From Geosiphon pyriformis uo1 (taxonomy: Eukaryota > Fungi > Glomeromycota): a stretch of DNA of 64,000 nt. The DNA is taken from NCBI GenBank assembly GCA_016748015.1, contig JAAOMT010000523.1, forward strand, positions 124,001 through 188,000. The letters are read 5' to 3'. Positions 55,368 through 64,000 of this stretch are shown in pieces. The position numbers and the translations under genes were made by a program. Every line of letters starts with the position of its first letter. Positions within the stretch are counted from its first letter, which is position 1. The notes below the pieces were generated by a model. The model searched no databases, was not told the origin of the DNA, and saw nothing but the letters and a program-made list of their open reading frames with translations.

Positions 55368-58300
55368 TATAATTTTACAGAGAACCAGCACCAACAAACA
55401 CTATCCAAAAGTGGCAGAATCAGAAAACATAGGAGCAAACCATTTAGGATTCGCAAAATCCCTATTTCAACACTATTGTCAACACTTAAGATTAAACCAC
55501 AATTATATATCCGCCAAATCAGCCTTTAATTTCTATGTCAACGAAAAAATTTTCTCTTTGTTAGGAACACCAGTGAATACTGAATCAGCCAAGAAAACTT
55601 TCTACAGAGAGTTAATTCAAAATACCAACCTGCCAACAAATCACAATTTTGCCTCCATAATTACTGAGATTAACAAAGAAATTGAACATCACATCCAACA
55701 AAGATATCCAATTACTTATGCCAATAAAGGCAAAGGAAAACTACAGACACTAGTGGTAATACCCAAAAGGATACAACCACCCACTTGGAAGAAAACAAGA
55801 GTTGAATCACCAACTGCTCCATCCTATTACTACACATTGGGAAGCACCATTAATATAACATCAGTAAGCGCGTTTACATCAAATGCAATATCAACATTCA
55901 GACAATTTTCATTCCAAAGTAAACAAAAAAAAACGGATCTACTAGGACCATATGGTGAATATTTTGAAGGATTTAAGTCATGATCACCAACACCATCAGG
56001 AATTCAATCACTGCCACTTCAGCCAGATTTCAGAGCCACTACCCTGTGGGAATTATCAGAGGAAGAAGAGGAAGGAAGTGAAGATCAAGGATTTATTTAC
56101 CAAAACCCGATTTCAGAAAACTCGGAATTCGAACCCTGAATTTTCAAACTCTGATAAACTCAAATTTAGAAAATCCAGAAAATGCAACTCCAAATATCCA
56201 AACACTGCAAAACCCTGAACAAATTAATCCAAATAACTTACCTTCAAATATTGTCATCAATCAACCACCAATTAATCCAATAGCCAAACTCCTTCAGCAG
56301 CCACTTTAGCTACCATCTTAACAAAATCAACAACCACTTCAACAGTCACTACAACCACCCAACTTAGATCCAATGGCCTATGCACCAATCGTGAAATTAG
56401 ATAATTTTACCAGTGAAGAGGATGACACTCAAGTATGGCTGAACAATGTAGAAAAGGCCATTGCAGTCAACAGATGGAATGACGCTTGAGCAATACAAGC
56501 CATTCCCTATTTTCTCAAGGATACTGCCAATTCGTGATATCAAAGCTTGATTAATAAACCACAAGATTTCAATACCTTCAAAGCAGAATTCCTAAAATAC
56601 TTCAGCAACAATAATAGCATCAACTGCCTAGTCAATACATTTATCACCATAAAGCAAGGAGAAACTGAAGCAGTTACCACTTACCTAAAACACTTCTATC
56701 GGAATCTGTACCAAATCCAAGCCATTGATGCCAACTATTTCACAGCACCACAGATTTTCAACCAGTTTATCCGTGGTCTGCACAGCAGCATTTTGCAACA
56801 TGTATGTCTGTTGCATCCAGGCACACTCCAAGACGCAGTCATCTGCACCAAAAATTTTGAATCCGCTGAGTCAGAGGCCAATCACGTCCAAGCCGTTAAT
56901 CTAGTAATAAACAGATCATCTGAATTGGATTCCAAATTGAAGAAGTTCAGTGAATCAATTAATAAAAAATTGGAAGAATACTTAGCTGACAATCACGCCA
57001 TTTATTAGCCTCTACAATGATGCAATAATCAAGGGAACTCTAATCGTAGCCAAAATCAACCATGTTCATCTTCATCAAATCAACAATGGCAATAGGAAAT
57101 GCATATCTGCCACTATTGTGGTAAACAAAGACATATTCAAATTGACTGCCACCAGCGTTTAAATAACCAATGATCGGAAAATCTATATCGAAACCCTGAT
57201 CACCAGTTCTTAACGCCGAATCATCCATTGAACTCAACACAATATTAAACCACTTACCTGCCAATGACACAGCAATCAATCTATTCACCATCAGTATATC
57301 AATCTTCAGTTTATCAACCACCACCACCAACAATTTATCAACTGCAGCCCCAAGTAATTTATCAACCACAGCCTCAAATAATTTATCAACCTCAATCATC
57401 AACCCAAACACCACCCTAAAACTCAGCTACTATGACATCAAGAAACCTAAGACCCAAAATTACTCAAAACTGGAGATCAGCAATAGTAGTTCACCAACCA
57501 ATCCCCAGTTCATCAAACCAGCAAATAGGATCTCGGCAGCAGAATTTGGGTACTGGTACCACCCAACACCTAAATTCCTAACACTATTTAAGTCTCCTGA
57601 TCACCCCAGAAGATGTCATATTCAGCAACTTGGAATTGGACCAACAGACAACACTTACCAACAACATTCCACCAGCAACAGTCACCAATGATGAATCATT
57701 AGCAGCCATCTTCCCTTTTGAACTGGAGGAATCATCCCAATTACCGTTATTCAGTGGAGCCACCCTCGAGGAGAAACCCATCACAGCAATGTACACTAAT
57801 GCGAAAGTAGATAGACATCTGATCAAACTTATCCTTGATAGCGGTTCAGTAAGCAGTATTATCATGTGACAACTCATAGACCAATTAGGTTACTGAGTTG
57901 ATCAGACTACTAGTGCTCATATAATCACTGCCGATGGAGCAACTAAAACCCAATTGGCAAGATAGATGACTTTTCATTTGAAGTCAATGGCATCATCACT
58001 CCCATCAAAGTCTTGGTGATGGAAGCCACCCAATACCAAGCTCTAATTGGTAATAACTGGCTGTTCAAAACCAATGCCATTCTGGACTAGACGACGCAAG
58101 AGCTCCAACTAAGTGTCAATGGTCAACACACATGTGTGCCAGCCATGTGTGGCCACTTCAAGATTCCTTCAAGAAAGGAACTATTGATAGAGCTGGAAGA
58201 AGAAAAGAAGCCTATTTGGGAAGCTTTTCAAGTCTCCTGGGCCGATGCTGATCACAATGAACTACTACTTATACTCTTATGGAATGACAAGGAAAAGAAA

Positions 58301-59399
58301 AAAAAAAAAGAACTTACCTGGAAGCCAAATCTAGGAGCATGGGGTAAGAACAAACTAAGCAAATCAACTGCCAAGTGGACCTGAGAAAAAAAGAGAAAAG
58401 GGAAAGAAAAGGAAGACGACCAACCACAAAGCACTAATTCAGCTCATATCTCATACTCTACGCCACCACAAACAAAATACCATCAACCCAAACTAGTATG
58501 CGTCAGTTGTGGTAAGAAATTGTCAACAATGGGCATATGCTGTAGTAAGAACAAAAAATGGACAACAGCAACTGAATACTACTGTCCTCCATGCATCCTT
58601 AAACATGATGGATGACTGCCAAAAATGGGAAAATAGGACGGTACCTTGTGTTTAGCCTGTGGAGATACTCTTTTTGATAAAGGAATGTGGAAAGACATTC
58701 TTGGAAGAGGAAGAGCATGTGACAAAACATGCCAATACATGATCCTGATCAATAACTGGGTACGAAAGAGAACTCCAATTGATGATGCCTAGAAGTGAGC
58801 ATTAAGACATCTGGAAAAATACCCACACGACAAAGATGAAATTTGGAGAATGACATATGCTATGTCCAAAAGTGCTACAACAGAGGAGCTGAAAGAAATT
58901 AAGGACAACCCACTATCACTGCCAGAACCAGAATATGTCCAAATGTTCGATGTTTTTGGCAATGCTAAGGACGACCTGGAAGAATTTCACAAACACTACC
59001 AGTGACTAGCACCCACAAGAGAAAAACAAGAAAAACATTTAGCACAGCTAAACACTCGATTATGTGACCACTGTTTGATTCCATGTGACTTCCAATATTG
59101 TAATGAGTGTGACTTCATCTACAATCTACCACCACACATGATCTACACAATTCCCAAAGAGGAAGAACCAATTAGCAGCTGTGCATCAGAATCAGAATCA
59201 CCACTCAATCTTGATTCAAACTCCAACAACAATGATAACAAGAATAATGGTTCCAGCTCTGTTCAAAATGGCAATGACAATGATAACGATATCAACTCAG
59301 ATTCAAACTCTGACTCAAACTATGAACAATATATCGTGCTTCTTGAACTCACCAAGGAACAAGAACTGAAATGGTTCAGTGATAATAATGAAGATATCA

Positions 59400-59800
59400 T
59401 GCTAGAATGCGTGCACGATACTGATGCAGAATTTGATCTGAGATATCTGGGAACCAAAGCCATCAAATTAGAACCACATATGCACATCTGCATTGATTTG
59501 AAAATAGCACTGGAAATTCTAGCAACAACAATGGTTCAATTAGCATCCAAGAATAGTTTAGCAAAAAGAGAGATTAATATAAGAGGAGGAATAATTGATG
59601 CGGAATATGTGAGAAATATCATTACCATGCTACAAAATGACTCAGAAAAGGCTTATATAATAGAGCCCAACAAAAAAATAGCACAGACAACATTCCTGCC
59701 TCTGGTTAGAGTAGCTCAGTTAGTATCAATGGAAAAGAAAGAGAAATTAGGAATAACAGCAAGAGGGATACAAGAATTTGGGTTAACGGGTAGAATAGAT
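59400..59800 (+). pseudogene. dUTPase domain within the Gypsy polyprotein
   Basis: All five motifs, degenerate: A(G>E)FDL, AS(R>K)(S>N)SLA, GGIIDA(G>E)YV(G>R)NI, KIAQ, RGIQ(G>E)FG(S>L)TG. Confidence 0.92.
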
Positions 59801-62800
59801 GTACCAGTTAATATGGCAGAAGAAGAAATTGTTGACCAAGAAGAAATTATCTCAACTGGTTAAGCTATTTTCATTTCACTGTATAGCCAGTACATGTTAG
59901 CAATAGAAAGGAAGAAAAAAGAGCAAAAACAGATTTTTGAAGCTGAAACAAATCTTTGTAAATCAAAAAAGATTGGACTGATTAATCTCTACATACTAGC
60001 CAAAAGCTATAGCCGCATAAAAATTCTCATATACAACAACACTGGCAAAGTCATCAACATACCAGAAGGAACCACCATCGGATATTTAACCACAGAAATA
60101 GAAGACCAACTACCAAACCCCATTCCAGACTTTCCACAACTTTGTGAATATGTTGACATCACATCACAAACAATTTATGAACAAGATGAATGTTATTTGC
60201 TCCAACCAGAACAATTAGAACAAATGAACATGGGAAATCTAGACCCACTACAACGAATGCAGCTCAAGATGTTACTCAACAATTTCAATGACATTTTTGC
60301 CAGCGAAAACGAATTTGGTAGAACTGACATAATTCAACATCAAATCAAGACTGGAGATGCAATGCCAATCAAACAGCGAGCATACAGGGTACCACCAGCA
60401 AGCCATGAAATCATTTGTCAAAAGATTAATCAAATACTTGGCAATGGACTAATCCAGTCATCTATGAGTCCATGGTCATCACCAGTGGTACTTGTCTGTA
60501 AAAAGAATAGAAAAATCTGATTTTGTGTGGATTACAGAAAACTCAATGGTGTAACTTGTGGAGACAGCTATCCAACTCCATGAATCTAGAAATTATTCAA
60601 TGCTTTTGGGGAAAACAAATGGTTCTCAACATTAGACTTGGACAGTGGTTATTGGCAAGTAGCCATGAATCTAGCCAACAAAGAAAAGACGGCATTCACT
60701 ACTAGAGAAAAAAATTTTGAATTTAAAGTGATGCCATTCAGCTTAACCAATGCTCCAGCCACTTTTCAATGGTTAATAGAAATTGTTTATACTGGCTTAT
60801 TGTGGAAATCAGTAGTTGTATACTTGGATAACACCAATGTGTTCTCAAAAACATTCAATGATCATCTTTATTATCTTTAACAAATGTTCAAAAGACTAAG
60901 AAGAGCAGGACAAAAGTTAAATGCAACAAAGTGCTTCTTTGGAAAGACAGAACTAAAATTCTTGGGACACATAGTCAATAAAGATGGCATCAAAACAGAT
61001 CCAGAGAAAATAGAGATAGTAAAGAACTTTTCAGTACCAACCAATATGACTGAATTGAAATCATTCTTGGGATTTACAAGCTATTATCAATGCTTTATAA
61101 AGAACTTTTCAAAGATAGCTCAACCACTCAATAATCTGCAAACCAAGAATACCAAATATGAATGGACAGAAAGTCAACAAAAAGCTTTTGATATTCTGAA
61201 AAAAAAGTCCATTCAAGCTCTAGTACTGATCTACTCAGATCATAACAAACCATTCATCATTACTACTAATGCATCAGACCAAGCATTGGGAGCAGTACTA
61301 TCTCAGAAGGGACCAGACAGCAGAGAACATTCAGTAGCATATGTCAGCTGAGGTCTAACACCAGCTGAAAAAAACTATGGAACATCAGAACTAGAACATT
61401 TAGCAATCTATTGGGCAGTTATGAAGTGGAATGAATACTTGAGCCAAAAATTTAATATATACACAGATCATAAAGGGTTAACATTGCTTTAAAAGGAAGA
61501 AATTGATGATGGCCATCAATCCAGATAGAAAATAGCACTATCATGATATATTTATACTATACATTATAAGAAAGGAAAAGATAATGGAAATGCCGATGGT
61601 TTGTCACAAATAAGACAAATCTAAGGACATTTCAACCCAAAAATATAACAAAACCAGAACAATACTAACGAAAAAAAAAATGAACAAACAAAAATATCAA
61701 CAAATTCAACAATATAACCACTCAACAGTTCAAGGAGAATTTATCTCAAACGGAACAAAAGAGTATCAAACAACAATCAAAATATTTTATCACTTACCAA
61801 AATATACTTTATCGGAAAAATAAAAAGGATCCAGATCAACCAATCAGAATAATTACAGAGCCAGAAAAAGAGACAATATTATTCAACATGCACTCAAATC
61901 CAACAGCAGAATATTTTCACAAAGAAGCAACCATGGAAAAAACCAGAAAAAGATACTATTGGCCATCAATGTATCCAGACATCATCCAATATGTTCAAAA
62001 TTATAACACTTGTCAGCAAAGAGGAGGAACAAGACCCAGTGAACCATTAAGACCAATCAAAGTGAGACAATCATTCAACTGTATTAGAATTAATTTAGTC
62101 AGACCATTAACAATCATCAGCAGAGGAAACAGATACATAGCAGTAGCCATGGACTATCTCACTAAATGGCCAGAGGCGAAAGCAATTCAAAGAGCGGATG
62201 CAGAATCTGTTGTCAAATTCATTCATCAGGATTTGATTTGTCGACATGGATGTTCAAAAGAATTATTATCAGACCAAGGAACTCATTTGTGAACAGAACA
62301 TTAACAGAATTGAGCCAAAGATTCGGAATTAAAAGACTATTATCATCACCATACTATTCACAAACCAATGGATTAGTCGAAAGATTCAATAGAACATTGT
62401 GTGAAGCAATAGCTAAGCTCAGCCAAAAAAACCAGGACAATTGAGATTTGTTAATACCATTAGTATTATTTGCTTATCGGACAATGAAGCAAGATACTAC
62501 ACAAGCAACACTATTTAAATTAGTATATAGTAGAACAGCAATATTACCTGTAGAGAGAAAAATTAATACATATCCAGCTGAACCAATAACAGAAGAGAAT
62601 TTTCAAGAAACATTGCTGAGAAAAACATATGACTTAATGGAAACATTGGAAAACAAACAAAGAAGAGCAGCTGATAATATTCAGAAGTCACAAGAAAAAC
62701 AGAAAAAAAGACATGATAGTCAACTACCAAACAAACCAGTTGAATTCAAGATTGGAGACAAAATACTTTTACATCGTACCAAAGTGAAAAAACAATGGAG

Positions 62801-63083
62801 TAGAAAATTTGATCCCAAATGGGACAGACCATTTCACATAGAAAAAATTCTAGGAAATGGAGCTTACAAATTAAAACTGGAAAACAAAATCTTAACCAAA
62901 GCAGCACATGGAGATCAGCTGAAACCATACCACAACACCACACCACCTTTCACCAGTAATACTCCACAATTAGGGATACAGAGAATACTGGTCCAACCAA
63001 ATGAGATTCCACAAGATCTGGAACCAATCATTATTATTGACAACAACATGTAAAATTGATTCATTAAAAGAATATATAAAGAC

Positions 63084-63745
63084 ATGGCAGACATGACAGA
63101 AAAGATCAGAAAAATGGAAATTACAGACAACATTCACTCACTAGCACAACAACTTTTTCAATTGATCCAACACCAAGAAATGAAGATTACAATCAATCAA
63201 CAAACCATTCGATATCAAGATACCAGAAGGACAGTACAACACAGAAGACAGAAAAAAAACCAGAAAATACCATCAACAAAATCATGGTAAAAATAAAATT
63301 GGCAATAAAAAAATCAAAAAAAGAGTCAATATATCAAGAATTGACTAAGGAAACTTGGAATTGGTGGATACAACAATTTCCAAGAAACTATTGTTATTTT
63401 TACTTAGAACAACACATGAATATCCAAAACTTATACATGGATAAAACAAAGTGGTTATTTAACACAATAATATTACAACAACTAGAACATTTTGTGAGGA
63501 AAAACAACTTATCTACACAAGCTCAAGCTGTATACCGAATACACACAGCCTTTCAGGATTGACCAGAAATCCTACTCAGCAAAGCAATGGATATGGTTAC
63601 TAGTAATCAATTGGGAAAAATCACCAATGCTCAATTTGAAGAATTACAAACTCAAATAACACAAGTAATTCTTGAAAACGAAATCCAGGAAATACTTCAA
63701 GAGAGGGAATTAAACAAGTTGGATTTCAATGGAGCTCAATATTAA
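63084..63745 (+). pseudogene. Extra ORF3 between integrase and PPT, unknown function, disrupted
   Basis: ATG at 63084; fragments 63084-63290 and 63284-63562 with coding-like continuation to TAA near 63745. Confidence 0.55.
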
Positions 63746-63758
63746 AAAAAGGAGGGAA
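63744..63758 (+). promoter_or_regulatory. Polypurine tract
   Basis: AAAAAAAGGAGGGAA just before the 3' LTR TGTTAC. Confidence 0.85.
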
Positions 63759-63761
63759 TAA

Positions 63762-64000
63762 TGTTACTTACAAAAATATAGGAAATATAGTAGCATGATT
63801 ATTAGCCAATCAGAAGTAAACATAGTAAATGTGGAATTTCAGAATTCCTCCCAGAAATTATAGGATTCCAGGAATTACAGGATTCTCACACAAGGAATTG
63901 CAGGATTCCAGAATTCTAGGATTTCTCTCAAAGGAATTGCAGAATTCCAGAAATTCCAGAATTCCTGTCATGAAGAATCAAGGAATTAAGGAATCTCAAT
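63762..64000 (+). repeat. 3' LTR (partial)
   Basis: Gap-free alignment to 54483-54721. Confidence 0.96.

Larger units (their letters stand above)
54483..64000 (+). mobile_element. Near full-length decayed Ty3/Gypsy retrotransposon: LTR-PBS-gag-PR-Cys domain-dUTPase-RT-RH-INT-ORF3-PPT-LTR (3' LTR cut by the window)
   Basis: CCHC CHYCGKQRHIQIDC; PR LILDSGS; RT SPWSSPVVLV, LDLDSGYWQ, YLDN; RH NASDQALGAVL; INT H..C-x2-C, LSDQG, NGLVERFN, WDRPF; matching LTRs. Confidence 0.97.

Noticed and set aside
55980-63560. Many in-frame TGA/TAA/TAG suggesting an alternative genetic code or readthrough
   Set aside because: They occur at Trp/Gln/Arg positions explained by single transitions; host genes use standard stops.

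Overview
AT-rich, intron-rich fungal DNA. Gene content and transposon families suggest Mucoromycota/Glomeromycotina (Geosiphon-like), which is an inference. There are two gene islands. 1-2.0 kb holds IMP4 and COX11. 19.8-49.2 kb holds CRY-DASH, a Nab3/NCOA5-like RRM protein, MMM1, EF1-beta with an intronic U18 snoRNA, TOM7, PEP4, an Alba/Rpp25-like gene, a Zn-finger protein, an Ino2/4-like bHLH, RPC40, MDM34, an FG-GAP propeller, a DUF836 glutaredoxin-like gene and a G-patch protein. Two nested retrotransposon blocks (2.2-19.5 kb, 49.5-64 kb) consist of LINEs invaded by Ty3/Gypsy elements and solo LTRs. Most notable: (1) repeat-restricted, transition-only C>T/G>A hypermutation mostly outside CpG, with about 22 of 22 LTR-LTR differences being transitions; (2) an unusual Gypsy family with an unknown Cys-rich domain, a dUTPase plus a dUTPase-like repeat, an extra post-integrase ORF, an elongator-tRNA-Met-like PBS, 4-bp TSDs and modular LTRs; (3) a U18 snoRNA with a probable second guide to 18S rRNA. 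Exon boundaries and counts were read by eye.
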